This document shows positions 1 to 14,143 of a DNA stretch of 64,000 nt, in pieces. The stretch covers positions 27,714,001 through 27,778,000 of the forward strand of contig OX597825.1 of assembly GCA_951406725.2 (NCBI GenBank). The letters run 5' to 3'. The position numbers and the translations under genes are program-made. Under the pieces are notes generated by a model, which saw nothing but the letters and a program-made list of their open reading frames with translations, was not told where the DNA came from and ran no database searches. Numbering within the stretch: the first letter of the stretch is position 1; each line of letters begins with the position of its first letter. The DNA is from Octopus vulgaris. Its lineage: Eukaryota.

Positions 1-668
1 GTGATTTTCAATCACATTGTACTGTTAGAGTTATTGATAATGAATTTTATGTTCCAAATATCAGTAAGAATGGACTAATACACTCAAAAATAGCGTCGTA
101 TATAAGTTTGTGTGTAATGTTCGCAACACTCTATGCTTTTCAAATTTAGATTCATTCTAAAACTTAAGTAAATATTTAAAGTAATACACGCAAAAACTGT
201 TTATTGTTTTCTTAGCGTTGTCTTATGGAAGGTAAGAAAAGTGACTTCCAACGAATCTACTACTAACTCTTCGGATTTCCAACTATTTCGCAGATCTGGG
301 TTTCCATTTGAACTTGGCTTATGCTTTTATCAGTTTTGCTTTTTGTATATCTATATCTTTCTGTTTCTTCTAATTGCGTAGACTGGCGTCTACCCCTGCA
401 GTTACTGTCTCTAGAGATAATTACAGCTGCAATTGTTCACAACTTCCATCCTTTCGAATTATGTATAGTCTAACCACTTCAGCCTTTGGGTCATGCATAT
501 AGTGCACTGAGAGGAAATTGCATATCGCATTTTATAAATTTTTACTGATCTCACGGACTGTTTTCTCATATTTAATCTGTAGGATACAACATGTATAGTT
601 AAGGTATTGACTACGTAAATCCCGTTATTTTTGTATTTAGTTCGCCTTTTAGGATCGCCCTAGCTCTA

Positions 669-715
<47 letters not shown>

Positions 716-757
716 TGGTGTGTGTGTGTACATATATATATATATATATATATACAC

Positions 758-819
<62 letters not shown>

Positions 820-828
820 TGGTGTGTG

Positions 829-881
<53 letters not shown>

Positions 882-1101
882 GTATCAATTTGTACATTCA
901 CAGAATACAAGCAATATTGCGCCCCATGACGTGACGGAATAGGTTCATAAAATCAGCGCTCAGTTTCAGTTGTTGCAACTTGAACTAAAAAACTCCAGCT
1001 TGTACTAAGAAGAACGATATTATATCTGCTTAATGATTATTAGCTGTTGGCGGTTTTTCAGTTGAGCAGGTACAAATATAACAGAATAAAACTATAAAAC
1101 G

Positions 1102-1160
<59 letters not shown>

Positions 1161-1246
1161 GTAGGTCCCGGGTTGATTCGGGGTTAACCACAGTAAGTAA
1201 GGTACTCAATACATAGCAGAGTAAAATTAATTTATTATATAGAAGG

Positions 1247-1297
1247 AGCTTCTACAGGACTAGTACTGTTTCATTCAAGAGAAATCTTCAGGAAGCT
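1247..1297 (-). ncRNA. Type I hammerhead ribozyme (minus-strand copy)
   Basis: Reverse complement of 3150-3200: AGCTTC-CTGAAGA-T(TTC tctt GAA)T-GAA-ACAG tactagtc CTGT-A-GAAGCT. Confidence 0.8.
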
Positions 1298-1738
1298 ATT
1301 TAACAAGAATTGTATTAGCATTTATACATTTAGGCAGGTTTAAAGGAGTGGTGGTGGGGGACTTTTTGGGGGTAGGCATAGCGCAAAATATCATACTTGG
1401 GGGAGTGGTCAAGGAGTCAGTGGTAAGTTAGATGAAAGAATAGATAAATAAAAAAATAAAAAAATAAAAAATAAAAAAATAAAAAAATATAAAAAAATAA
1501 AATAAAAAATAAAAAAATAAAAAAATAAAAAATATAAAAAATATATATAAAAAAATATATATAAAAAAATTTTGTATGCGTATAAATGCATGTAAGTATG
1601 GATGTATGGATGTATGTATGTATGTATACGTATGTATGTGTGTATGTGTGTATGTATATATATATGTGTGTATATGTGTTTGTGTATGTATATATATGTG
1701 TATGTATGTGTGTGTATATGTATGTGTGTATGTGTATG

Positions 1739-1800
<62 letters not shown>

Positions 1801-2049
1801 TATGTATCTGTATGTAGGAGTATATATGTGTGTGTGTGTATGTATATGCGGGTATATATATATATATGTATATTTATTGGTGTATATGTATAGACTAGCC
1901 TCCTAAAGTGTAGACACGAATCTGTAGGTACGAGTACGTATGTGTATATACGTGAACGTATGTAGATGTTTGTATGTATGAATATAACGCGTGCGTACGT
2001 GTATGTGTATGAGTGTACGAATGGGTGAATGTACGTGCTAATGAGTGTG

Positions 2050-2141
2050 CGTGCGGGAATGAGTACTTGCCTTCTAGTAGACAGACAAATGGACATGCAG
2101 CCATTGCCAGGATTCTTAGCCCTAGCGATCAAAGATAACAA
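2050..2141 (-). pseudogene. Possible remnant of the Penelope-like ORF C-terminus (Cys motif after the GIY-YIG domain)
   Basis: Two minus frames give LSLIARAKNPGNGC and CLLEGKYSF. This resembles the I..RA.PY..G...C.LCL.EK..I end of PLE ORFs. It lies upstream of the tail-bearing arm on the same strand. Confidence 0.4.
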
Positions 2142-2680
2142 AAGTAATAAATGAAGATAATAAAATTAAAATTAGGGAATGGGCCTGTATTGGATTGTAT
2201 ATATATATATGTATATGTATATTTGTATGTATGTATGTGTGTATGTGTAGGTATGTATAGGTACACATGTGTATGTGTATGTGTATGTATATATGTGTGT
2301 ATGTATGTATGTGCACACATGTATATATATGTATGCGTGTATATGTTTATATATATATATGTGTACATAGGTGTATGTGGGTGTATGTATATATAGGTGT
2401 AAATATGTGTATATAGGGAACTAGGTGTGTTGTGTGTGCATGAGTGTATGTGCGTATGAATATATATTTTTATGTGTATATATGTATGTGTGGTCGTGGG
2501 TATATATATATATATATATATATACATGTGTGTATGCGTGCATGCATGGGAGTGAGTGTATGCATATATACGTGTGTGTATGTGTAGACAGGTATAGGCA
2601 TGTGCATGTGTATAAATTTGTATATGTGGGCGGGTGTATGTATGTGTGTATGTAGATATGTATGTATGTGTGTACATATG

Positions 2681-2720
<40 letters not shown>

Positions 2721-3149
2721 TATGTGTGTGTGTATATATATGTGTATGTATGTATGTGTGTGTAGATACGTATACATGTGTGTATAGGTATAAGTGAGAA
2801 TCTCCTTATTTACCTATAACTCTATCCCCCCTTTTTTTATATATATATTTTTTTATATATATATTTTATATATATATTTTTTTATATATATTTTTTTATA
2901 TATATTTTTTATATTTTTTATTTTTTTATTTTTTTATTTTTATTTTATTTTTTTATATTTTTTTATTTTTTTATTTTTTGTATTTTTTTATTTTTTTATT
3001 TATCTATTCTTTCATCTAACTTACCACTGACTCCTTGACCACTCCCCCAAGTATGATATTTTGCGCTATGCCTACCCCCAAAAAGTCCCCCACCACCACT
3101 CCTTTAAACCTGCCTAAATGTATAAATGCTAATACAATTCTTGTTAAAT

Positions 3150-3200
3150 AGCTTCCTGAAGATTTCTCTTGAATGAAACAGTACTAGTCCTGTAGAAGCT
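3150..3200 (+). ncRNA. Type I hammerhead ribozyme
   Basis: Helix I AGCTTC(3150-55)/GAAGCT(3195-3200); core CTGAAGA 3156-62; short helix II TTC/GAA; GAAAC 3175-79; helix III ACAG/CTGT with a palindromic ACTAGT in the loop; GUA cleavage triplet, cut predicted after 3194. Confidence 0.82.
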
Positions 3201-3214
3201 CCTTCTATATAATA

Positions 3215-3256
<42 letters not shown>

Positions 3257-3257
<1 letters not shown>

Positions 3258-3403
3258 ACGACGAGATTCTCAGTTTTTCTGTACCAAATCCACTCACAAG
3301 GCTTTGGTCGACCCGAGGCCATAATAGAAGGTGCCACACGGTGGGGTTGAACGCAGAACCATGTACTTGCGAAGCAGCTTCTTACCACTCAGCCGTGCCT
3401 GCG

Positions 3404-3404
<1 letters not shown>
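3257..3404 (-). mobile_element. tRNA-derived SINE family A, 5' fragment
   Basis: Matches the head of 7107-7510 (accaaatccactcacaagg...ttaccac.cagcc). Has A/B-box-like motifs. Confidence 0.8.
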
Positions 3405-3454
<50 letters not shown>

Positions 3455-3499
3455 CATGTTTTCGCACAATTCTGACATGTTTTCGCACAATTCTGATTG

Positions 3500-5250
3500 C
3501 TGGATGCCATCCATTTTACATAGGCATAGACACTGGTAATGCGTTGTGGATATAATTCCTTGATGGTGGTAGACTTATTTGTATGCATGCTGTTCGTTTT
3601 CAGGAATTTTCGCTTCTAAAATCTGGCTTTAGAACATTTATCAAGGCCGATCCTCCATCAAATATCGTCTCTGAAATGTTTTATCACAGTTAAAAGTCGT
3701 TTCAGTTGTTGATCATCTTCCGTGATCATCTATGTAAAGGAGGCGAGTGATTTGTCTTAGGTTACGTAGGAAAATCTGTGGCATGCAGAAGAGTAGTGGA
3801 AGTAGAGAATCACCTTCAAAAATTCCTCAGTTTTTTGTCAATAACATTCATGGTATCAATCTCAGAATGATAAGAGCTATTTACTGTTGATTGATAGTGT
3901 TCAACAGAAACTTGCCAATAACTGCAGAGAATTTACACATCAGGAGTTATTGAATGCTATTGAATGATTTTGGGTGCAGACCTCAAAACTATTTCATATA
4001 TTTAAAAATTAGCCTTTACAACCATACTACTACTTTTCGAACCACTTTGTTCGCTGGTCAATATCTTGTTATCGACCAGCAACGTTATATGTAATGATAG
4101 ATTTTAGTACTTTATAGATGGTTGTAAAAAACATTATTCTTCGGTAGTTTTGAAATTATTAGTTTCGACATTTTGGGGAGGTATTTATTTACTCTATTTA
4201 TCTGCTACGGAGGGAATTGCCTGGTGTCATGCATAATTTCATGGAAGAGGTGGGTCAGTCTACCTTGAGATTCAGTAACCGTATTCAGCAAGGAGCAATG
4301 GATTTTATCTTTCTTCAGCGATTGCCAGTTGTTAGATTTCCAATTGCTACTTCTGAAATCAGTAGATATATCTTTTTCCATTTGCTCATATGTTCAAAGT
4401 CTGTTAATTTTCGATGAATCCGAGATGCATCAGGTTGTATGCTTTAGATTGCAACCATATCGATGTCCAAAACGTTTATATTTCTCCCTTGGCAGGGTTG
4501 GTCGTATATGTATTAACTTTTGTAATTTTCCTATGAGAACATTCAAGATTGTCCCAGAACATAACGTTATAATTGACAAATTTGGCGCTTGTTCCAGCCT
4601 TTTTTTCCTTGCTGCTTTCTTTTATATATTTTGCATGATTTTTAATTGTTTCATTGATTTCGATTTTTCTTCTTATGCAATGATTTATTTTCAGCTTCTT
4701 AGCTTTTTTGTATTTTATCTCATTCGCTCTTGATGTTCTTCTGTATTACAATATTAGATCTGAACACACTAATTCTCGCTTGAGTTTTTTTTTTCTCTTT
4801 ACTTTAATACCACACAGTGAATTGTAATTGAAGCGCTGACTAAAGTACATCATTCAACGAGGTGAGATCTACTTCATTTTCACACAAGATTTATTTTATA
4901 ACTGCAATTAACTTGCTTGTCAATCTATCATTCTATTTTGAGTTGTGAATCTTGGTAGGTTCATTGCGGTCTCTCAGTTCGGTGCGTTCAGCCTTCACCC
5001 AATCTCGTAGAAGGATTGTATATTTAGAGTATCAATTTCGGTACCTGTATTTTGACTTCAACTGTAATTTCTCGGTTACATCAACATCTGTGGTAATTTC
5101 GTGGGGTACCTCAGAGTATTTGTCGTTTTTGGCTCGACTTTCTTCCGTAGAGGTATATTTGTATTATTATTTACATTCAGTCTTTGAATGACTATAGGAA
5201 TGGTCATACAATTGAATTTGTTAGATGTTAAGATTCCTAAAAAGAGAGCC
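3500..5250 (-). mobile_element. Degenerate R4/Dong-like non-LTR retrotransposon (RT region)
   Basis: Broken minus-strand frames give KILTSEQSG..SSGCKG, GIFEGDSLLPLLFCM (needs a frameshift), QITRLLYIDD and QLKRLLTVIKHFRDDI*WRIGLDKC. These match R4/Dong RT motifs (EQKG..GCKDQL, GIFQGDSLSPLLF, HLLYMDD, FS.DIGM.FGLDKC). Boundaries are approximate. Confidence 0.75.
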
Positions 5251-5384
5251 TTTGCTTTAGGACGTTACCAAGCTATCACAATTTGTTTGGTCAGTTAGTA
5301 ATGTCTTTCTCCTCCCGTTGAAGTATGTTTCTTTCGTGTAGGTATACATGTATGTGAATATATATATATATATATATATGTATG

Positions 5385-5429
<45 letters not shown>

Positions 5430-5495
5430 CTATGTATATATGTATATATATATGTATATATATATGTATATATATATATATGTATATATATGTAT

Positions 5496-5527
<32 letters not shown>

Positions 5528-6277
5528 GTATATATATATGCAGTATATATATATATATTGCATACACTCGCACGCGCACAAACACACACACATACATATA
5601 TGCATATATATATATAGATGTATGTAAATGATGTATTTTTCTCATATTCTCACTCTCTGTGTTGATCACTCCGTCATAGCGTGCATTTCACACGTATCTA
5701 CAAAGTATGGAATGGTAAAAGTTATTCCGTCAGATAATTAAGAATAGATTTTGGATTTTCGTGCCAATATTTGTTGCTTAACTCATAAATATGGAAATTG
5801 GACATTTTATTTTAGTGTTCTTTAAAAAGCTGGCATTATCTGACAATGAGGAATAGAGACTGACAAAGACTGATATTGTATGTACGTGTGTGCATGTCTT
5901 TCGTAATGTGTCTGCTTATGATATTATGATGTACATGGTTATGTATGTTATTGCTTTTGTGTTTGAATTAAGTTTATGCTTGGTATTTGAAGAAATTATG
6001 CAGGGAAAGGCTATGTTTGTGAGCAAGAGAATTATGCCGAGAGAAATGGAATAGAAATATTTTATTTCTAGCAGACTAGAGAATTGGTATGCTATGTTTT
6101 TCTTTGTTTCAATTTTAGGAATATGTACAGCAAACATGAATACATAGCTCACATATATTAATCAAGTAGTTGGCAATTTTGCGACAATTACAGTTGGCTA
6201 TAAATTAACTGCTCGTGTGTGAATGTTTATATATTTATTATACGTGTGTGAGTATGAGTGTGTATATATATATATAT

Positions 6278-6347
<70 letters not shown>

Positions 6348-7106
6348 ATCTATGTAAATATGCACATAAACTTTTACTCTGCTAGTTTCAATGTCCATAC
6401 ATGCCATATTAAATCTGTGATTTGCGTCTCTCCTGCATATTAAGAGACAACTTCCTATCGTACCAAATAGTGACCCACGTTTGACTATCTGATAAAGAAT
6501 TTTGAAGTAAGTTCTCTGTCATATAGGACGGTGTCTATATTGCAGTGGCCGGCCAATAAGGGGACATGTGGTGTTACCTCTGAATTAGCATCCCGTTTAT
6601 GAGTCACATGTGGGCCATCTACTAAAATGTCTTTATATTGGTTTCACAGCTAAAATAAGTTCTTAAAGAGTGTATGTTAAGTAATCTATGAAGGTTATTT
6701 GCACGGAGAAATATTTTATCAAATAGGCCGTGGGGATTAAGAGATTTCGAAGTGTTGGCCTGGTACTTCGTATGCGTATCTAGGTATGTAGACATTCGCC
6801 TCCTTCAATATTGCCAAAGCATCGTCTCTGTGCCAACTCTAGTTGAGGGGAATTTGTGATTGGCTAAATTCAGCCCCAAAAGATGATAGTTATTTGACCA
6901 TCGGCCCCGTCGTAGGCACTCATAGCTACTTCAAAATCTCTATGGTGGTTGCGTAGATGTATTTCTACATATCAGAATATAAGACCAATGTGCAAGGGTA
7001 AAACTGCATTGAGGACAGGTTTCGAAAATTCAATGAAGAAATGAATGTTAGTATGTGTTACATGGTATCATATTGTACTGAGAGTTATGTTTACATTTAT
7101 ACATAT

Positions 7107-7510
7107 ACTCTTTTACTCTTTTACTTGTTTCAGTCATTTGACTGCGGCCATGCTGGAGCACCGCCTTTTAGTCGAGCAAATCGACCCCGGGACTTATTTT
7201 GTGTAAGCCCAGTACTTATTCTATCGGTCGCTTTTGCCGAACCGCTATGTGACGGGGACGTAAACACACCAGCATCGGTTGTCAAGCAATGCTAGAGGGA
7301 CAAACACAGACACACAAACACATTCACACACACATATATATATACATATATACGACAGGCTTCTTTCAGTTTCCGTGTACCAAATCCACTCACAAGGCAT
7401 TGGTCGGCCCGGGGCTATAGCAGAAGACACTTGCCCAAGATGTCACGCAGTGGGACTGAACCTGGAACCATGTGGTTGGTTAGCAAGCTACTTACCACAC
7501 AGCCACTCCT
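7107..7510 (-). mobile_element. tRNA-derived SINE family A, near full length (CORE-like centre, internal (TG)n, LINE-derived tail)
   Basis: Head aggagtggctgtgtggtaag...ggttcagtcc; centre cttgggcaagtgtctt; tail ggcggtgctccagcatggccgcagtcaaatgactgaaacaagtaaaagagtaaaagag. Several copies in the window. Confidence 0.9.
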
Positions 7511-8188
7511 TAACCAAATTAAAAACTATTCCATATTTATTTTAATCCTGTATTTATGGGTCGATATCTAAACTGACCTGCGTGTATAAAGTCAGGGTGA
7601 TATTGAATATCCATTTCTAAAGAATACCTCATTCATTCTAATCTTTGCCTTACACATTAGGTATCTTACACCAATTCACATCTAACTGGCCAATAATTTT
7701 TCCTCTCCAAACTTTCTAAGACTATTCTCAAAGCTTCTTGAATATTAACCGCTCATATATATGGAGATAGGTATAATTACTAGCCTAAATATATGTACTC
7801 ACACCAGTGAACATTTTGCAGTCTCATGTTTCAGATACATGCAAACCACAGATACTAAAAGTAGCGTTAATTGCTCCAAGTTCCAAGTTATTACAAATTT
7901 CGGTTATTGACACATAACACTCTGCTTCCAAACGCATTGGGAATGTTTTGTTTTTTTTATTTAGCTTGTGTACTGACATATGACCTATGACTAAGTTTCT
8001 ATGCACTACTAAGATGTTATGTATATATTGATCCAGTATTGGATAGCGATTAGCTGTACTTGAATAGTGAATGCATCTACATTTGATGTAGCTAACACTG
8101 GACCAAGAGAAGCAACTCTTTCCGTTAATATTGCCTCTTAAGTTTTCTCACAATATGTATGTATGTATGCATTTATGTATACACATAC

Positions 8189-8228
<40 letters not shown>

Positions 8229-8254
8229 GCACTATATGTCTGTGTGTGCGAATA

Positions 8255-8462
8255 CAGAGTGCGACAGAAATACCTCCCATATTTGAAAGGTTGACAAAAG
8301 GAAAAAGAAAAATTTATGAAAATTTAATTTTACTGCTGTTTAAACAAAGGGTTATAGGTTTTGGTCATTAGGTAAATGAAAACATCATTGGTACTTGCAT
8401 AAGTTCATTAGCAACACATGTGTGAAATTTTAAAATGTGGAAGGTATTTCTGTCGCCCCCTT
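8255..8462. mobile_element. Tc1/mariner-type MITE
   Basis: ~30-bp TIRs cagagtgcgacagaaatacctcccatattt / aaatgtggaaggtatttctgtcgccccctt, flanked by TA on both sides. Confidence 0.8.
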
Positions 8463-8497
8463 TATGTATTAATATTTAATATACATATATGTATGTT

Positions 8498-8612
<115 letters not shown>

Positions 8613-8621
8613 CACATACAC

Positions 8622-8652
<31 letters not shown>

Positions 8653-8673
8653 CAGACATACGTATAATACATA

Positions 8674-8765
<92 letters not shown>

Positions 8766-9553
8766 GTAGGTAGGCACATATGTAGGTACGTAGATATCAC
8801 AAGAGTTTCTCCCATGATTTTTATCTTAGTCTAATTTACTTAGTCTAATTTCACCATTTACTCTTGGATGTGCTCTGTGTGAAAGCGACGCTGTCACACA
8901 GTGGCAGGACTCACTGTGCATATATACCCATGACCTTTGAGACTTTTTAAAAATATTCATTCGTAGAAAATAATTTGGTGACTAAGAATATGAAAAGGCT
9001 TCAGGTGAAGATTCTTCTACAGATTATAAATATCAACGTGAGTTAGAACCCAGCGAGTATATATTCATATATAGTGCAACTGTGATACACAGTGAATCCA
9101 AGATTCGTGAATTTATGTAAGTGCATATGCATATATTTAGGTATGTATGATAGAATATATATTTCTAAGCATTAGAAAACTCTTCTGTGTATATAAATAT
9201 ATTTCATTGCCTCTGTTATAATAACAATGAGCGTAAGGAAAACTTTATAGTGTATCTATTTGTATTGATGATATCTAATTGTAATTTTCTTAATTTTCTT
9301 AATTACCTGATTTGTTTTCTAATTTTATGAAGCCATGTTTCTCAAGGCTGGTAATGAGCTAAATTGTATAAGATTAAAAATTATTACAGGTATGCGTCTA
9401 AAGTTATAATCCAAGTGTTTATGCCGCAGAATTTACTATCCTATGATATACGCAATTTCGTTTTCTTTTATACATACTGTTATAAAGACATCTAATCTAC
9501 TAATCTACATATTTGATAATGCTCTAGACACACACATACACACACACACACAT

Positions 9554-9628
<75 letters not shown>

Positions 9629-9796
9629 TAGATAGATATATAGATAGATAGATAGATAGATATAGATAGAGTGAGGGAGAGAGAGAGAGAAGGATAAATC
9701 CATTGACAGCTAAATACTCAAACATACATGTATATACATATGCATATATACATATATATGTATATATAAATATATATATATATATATATGTATGTA

Positions 9797-9855
<59 letters not shown>

Positions 9856-9862
<7 letters not shown>

Positions 9863-10178
9863 GAAAAAAAACCCATTTTATCAATTCAAAATGAATAATT
9901 AATTTACACCATCTAGAAAATTTCATATAATAGAAAATTACGTATTTTTGTAATTTACTTAATCTTTACTTTTTATTGTTATTTTAAGTTTAACTTTTCT
10001 ACTATATGTAATTTTCTAGATGGTGTAATTTAATTATTCATTTTGAATTGATAAAAGGTGGGGGTTTTTCTAATATTTTTTATATATTAATTAAATTGTG
10101 TGGAATTTGATTTAGTATTTCTAAATTGAATTCTCTTTCCTTGTAAGTTTGGATTTTATTCCCTCAAATAATAATTAT
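9856..10178 (+). mobile_element. Fold-back element with one-sided tail in (TA)n
   Basis: Arms 9856-~9940 and ~9990-10077 are imperfect inverted repeats. The tail ends ttccttgtaagtttggattttattccctcaaata, homologous to the tail at 54169-54255. (TA)n flanks. Confidence 0.75.
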
Positions 10179-10624
10179 ATATATATATAAATTTAAAAAA
10201 GGAGATGTGGAACACGAGTTGTGATATATAAAAAAAGGAAATGAAGAAAATGCTGACAAAATAATTTAAGTAAGGGAGAGTGTATTTAATTACGTGAAAG
10301 TTCTTTTTTTAAACAAAAAAAGAGAGAAATTGAGTTAGAATACAATGTTCATTTTTTGTGAATGATTTCAGTGTATAAGAAAAAAAGTAGGAGTCTTTTA
10401 CAGTGTTCTGTTTCAGAATAAGATATTTAGTAAAAGCGTGTAATATACAGTTTTTTGTGGAAAAGTTCAACGTTAGATATCAGTGTAGAATAAAAAAAAA
10501 GTAAGAGTTTACCGGTTGCGCATTTGTTATGCTTATCAAAAGATATTTTGAGTGAGATAGAGTTCCTTTCTGATTGGTTTTTTTCTCTTATCTGTATCGG
10601 TACAGATCTCTTGTCTGTATCTCT

Positions 10625-10708
<84 letters not shown>

Positions 10709-11930
10709 TGTGTTTGTGTGCGTGTGTTGGTGTGTATGTGTGTGTCTGTGTGTGTGTCAGGTCGCTCTTGAGTGCTACTGGTAACATGGAATCCAGTGCA
10801 ACCTGTTGCATGGCCGGGTCGTCGGCAACTAGAGTGGCAACCCCACCAGGCTTGCTTGGTGATCAATACATATTACAGCTATTTTACACCATGATAATGT
10901 TTGCCTTTTCTGTTAATGAGCTTCAAAATGTTGCAAGTAACCGAACAAAACAGCTGCTTCGCTATCTTCCTTGTACTTCCTGCAACATTCGCGCAATTGT
11001 TATCAGGCTTTACTTAAACTGAATTACTCACATATGTTTAACTTTAAATGATTCTCGGCAATGTACATCATTATCTCATTAACATATAATGATATATAGG
11101 AACATATTATAGAGAACGACTGTAATGGCTGTTTATTGAATGGCAATCAGCTTGCCTACACGTGCGCTGCAATTATAAGTTATAACCCCCACGTACGAAA
11201 AACAGTACTGCTCACTGGATACAAAATACTAATATGTGATAGCATTCCGCATTTATTCTATAAGTGATGCAATTAAGAATGAAGAGACGGGAAATTGAAA
11301 AAGGAACAAAAATCTGTTTGTAAGTCGCTTCGTATGACATCAAGCAGCCCGCGAAACAAAGTGTACGCTGATAATTAAATAAGAAGTATTTTGTTAGTAG
11401 TACTCCAGCTTAGTACGTATATAAATACACATTGCGAACTATTCTGTGTATATTCAATTAATTTGAATATTCAATGCAATATTGATTTTCTGCTTTGGCT
11501 TCACACAAAAATAGAAGAAATAAAAGTTAATATTGATTATATTCTCAACGTGCTGTATTACTGGTATTTACGTAAAGAAAGATAAAGATGCCAAGTTAAT
11601 GAGGTCAAGATTTCATTTGACCAATTTGAGAGTAGAACTAAAACAACGTAATTCTTTGAGCCTTTTATTCAAAGCCGCCCATGCATCAAAGTATGTTTCT
11701 TTTTACTAGATAAGGTGGATTGGTACTATAGCTTCAAGATAATTTCGAAAGAAAATTGAAATGACCGCAAATAAAAAGAAAGTTTATAAAGTTTATACTG
11801 ATCGTTACGTGATAAAATATACATTGAATAAATGCCGCAAAAGCACAAAAGCACGTTTTCCTGAGAAAATGTAAATAGTAATTATGTATTTGCAATTTAT
11901 GATATTTTCAATGTGGCCTGACGAATAATG

Positions 11931-11978
<48 letters not shown>

Positions 11979-11980
<2 letters not shown>

Positions 11981-12626
11981 CGACAAAGATACGAAAGCTA
12001 ATCGCCCAGACATAATAATCACGGATTGGGGAAAAACCGCTGTTTACTGATAGACAATATAGTCCCTTCTGATCAAAATATTGTCAAAAAGGAAGTGGAG
12101 AAATTATCGAAATATAAAGACCTCGAAATTGAAGTATTCAAAATGTAGGGCATGAAGTTAAAAACAATACCAATAATAGTTGGAGCAGGGGGCATAAAAA
12201 AAACAGATGAACAAAAATGTAGAAGCTATATGTGGACCCTTAATACGACACACTGTCCAAAACGATAGCCTTGCCAAGAACAGCCCACATCCTATGCAAG
12301 ACACTATCAATTCAATAATACAACCTCAACAAAACAACCCATAAATACAAGACACACTCTATACAGCATTTACCCAGTGAAAAAAACACCCACCAGCAAG
12401 CCAAAGAACCAAAGCATTACTCACTCAAAACACAATACAAGCAGTAACAACAAAAGAGAGCAACACATATCATGGAAAAAAATCTTACATAATATAGTAC
12501 CGGGAAGATTTCGCACACTCCCTACAGTATTAAAGAACACACAGTTTTACACAAATCCCAACAAAAACGGAGATGTAGCAGATGATGCTGTAGAAATTTG
12601 CCTCAATCTGCCAAATATTGAACTGT

Positions 12627-12627
<1 letters not shown>
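11979..12627 (+). mobile_element. R4/Dong-like retrotransposon 3' fragment (RLE domain and 3' UTR) in (TAA)n
   Basis: TDKDTKANRPDIII.../RCLLIDNIVPSDQNIVKKEVEKLSKYKDLEIEVFKM*GMKLKTIPIIVGAGG...TAHILCKTLSIQ* is a PD-(D/E)xK restriction-like endonuclease. (TAA)n lies on both sides. Confidence 0.88.
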
Positions 12628-12693
<66 letters not shown>

Positions 12694-12759
12694 TAATAAC
12701 AACAACAACAACAACAACAACAACAATAATAACAATAACAATAATAATAGTAATAAAAA

Positions 12760-13352
12760 TGATGATTGGAAGTGTTATCATATATATATATGCACTGATG
12801 CAGTACTAGGCATTGAATCTCATGGCTTCTGATCTTAACTGTTTGGAAGTGTTATCATGTTCATTGCTTTGTATTGGTATAAAATATAAGCTACAGCAAT
12901 ATTCTGCTCAATACCACAGATTTGCTTGTCATTTGTTTGACCTTAACCAGTTGAGCATTTCAATTAGTGGCTGATTATATGTGCATCTCTTATCACGAAC
13001 AATGGTAGTGGGGTAGCATCATAGCCGTGTGTTGAGAGGAATTCTTTGAGGTTTAAATAATCCACTTCTGGAAACATGGGTGTTTTGTTCAACATCCTTC
13101 AACAACCTTAATTCAGTGATCTTTTGAGCGCGATGGGCTACTCGACCTGAAGAAACTTCTAACTGGACCCTACCTGCAAAGTCATTCTCTGTGCATCTTG
13201 GTGTGAGATCACCATGTGTTGCACATGTGGCTGTGATGGCTGTGCCTATTGTATCATTAGCAGATGGAAAGTCATGATGGGTACACTAGACTTCGTATAT
13301 TTTTACCCCAGTGTTACTTTAATGGCATGCACTGCTCTCTCACTCAAATTTA
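12760..13352 (+). repeat. Interspersed repeat ending ...ctctctcactcaa + TAA-rich tract; probably the 3' UTR of a TAA-targeting retroelement
   Basis: An internally deleted second copy lies at 14761-14965. This copy is bounded by (TAA)n arrays. Confidence 0.6.
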
Positions 13353-13410
13353 ATAATACGAATAATAATAGTAATAGTAATAGTAGTAGTAGTAGTAGTA
13401 GTAATAATAA

Positions 13411-13484
<74 letters not shown>

Positions 13485-13490
13485 GTAGTA

Positions 13491-13566
<76 letters not shown>

Positions 13567-13569
13567 TAT

Positions 13570-13895
13570 CACATGCCCCATTTTCAACAGGTTGAATGTG
13601 AAAGAATTATGACGATTTGAAGTGGGAAATACGAAGGTTGTGGCCAATGTAGAGAGTGGACGTGATATCAACAGTAACTGGTGCACTTGTAAGTATCAGC
13701 TCTCAACTACCAACATAGCTGAAAAAGATTGGTGCAAGAGTGAAGGTAGAACATCTACAAAAATCAGCATTGCTTGGAACTGCAAGAATTATTCGCCGGG
13801 TGATGAGTTTACAAGTGTCACCTTAGTCTACTGGCTGTGCTCAGCTGATACTTTCCATCATAACCAGCAAAATAAGTTGTGAGTTTCTTAATAAT
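13570..13895 (+). mobile_element. Second R4/Dong-like 3' fragment (different subfamily)
   Basis: NYDDLKWEIRRLWPM*RVDVISTVTGAL...VEHLQKSALLGTARIIRRVM is the typical C-terminus after the RLE. It follows (TAA)n and ends in taataata. Confidence 0.82.
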
Positions 13896-14068
13896 ATAGG
13901 CATAGATTTATGTATATATACGCGCATATGTATGCATGTTATGCATACACGAATGCATACACATGTGTATGCATTTTTGAGCACATCTATATTCAATGGC
14001 ACACATACATACACAAAGAGCAATACATGCATAAAAAAACGTACACATACACACACATACACATATTC

Positions 14069-14122
<54 letters not shown>

Positions 14123-14143
<21 letters not shown>

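Larger units (their letters stand above)
1161..3216 (-). mobile_element. Penelope-like fold-back element: inverted pLTR-like arms, one-sided tail, inserted in (TA)n
   Basis: 1231-~1568 is the reverse complement of ~2832-3216, and the unique part 1231-1450 vs 2997-3216 looks identical by eye. A 70-nt tail (1161-1230) is present on one side only. Each arm holds a hammerhead followed by AATAAA. (TA)n flanks both ends. Confidence 0.85.

Noticed and set aside
3455-3497. Short tandem duplications (also 8826-8851, 63508-63531, and a ~104-bp unit at 704-850)
   Set aside because: Ordinary slippage products with no wider pattern.
6440-8100. Suspected ancient LINE remnants (also ~25200-26000, 53440-53780 and 57000-58640)
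   Set aside because: Only faint motif hints, too decayed to call without a profile search.
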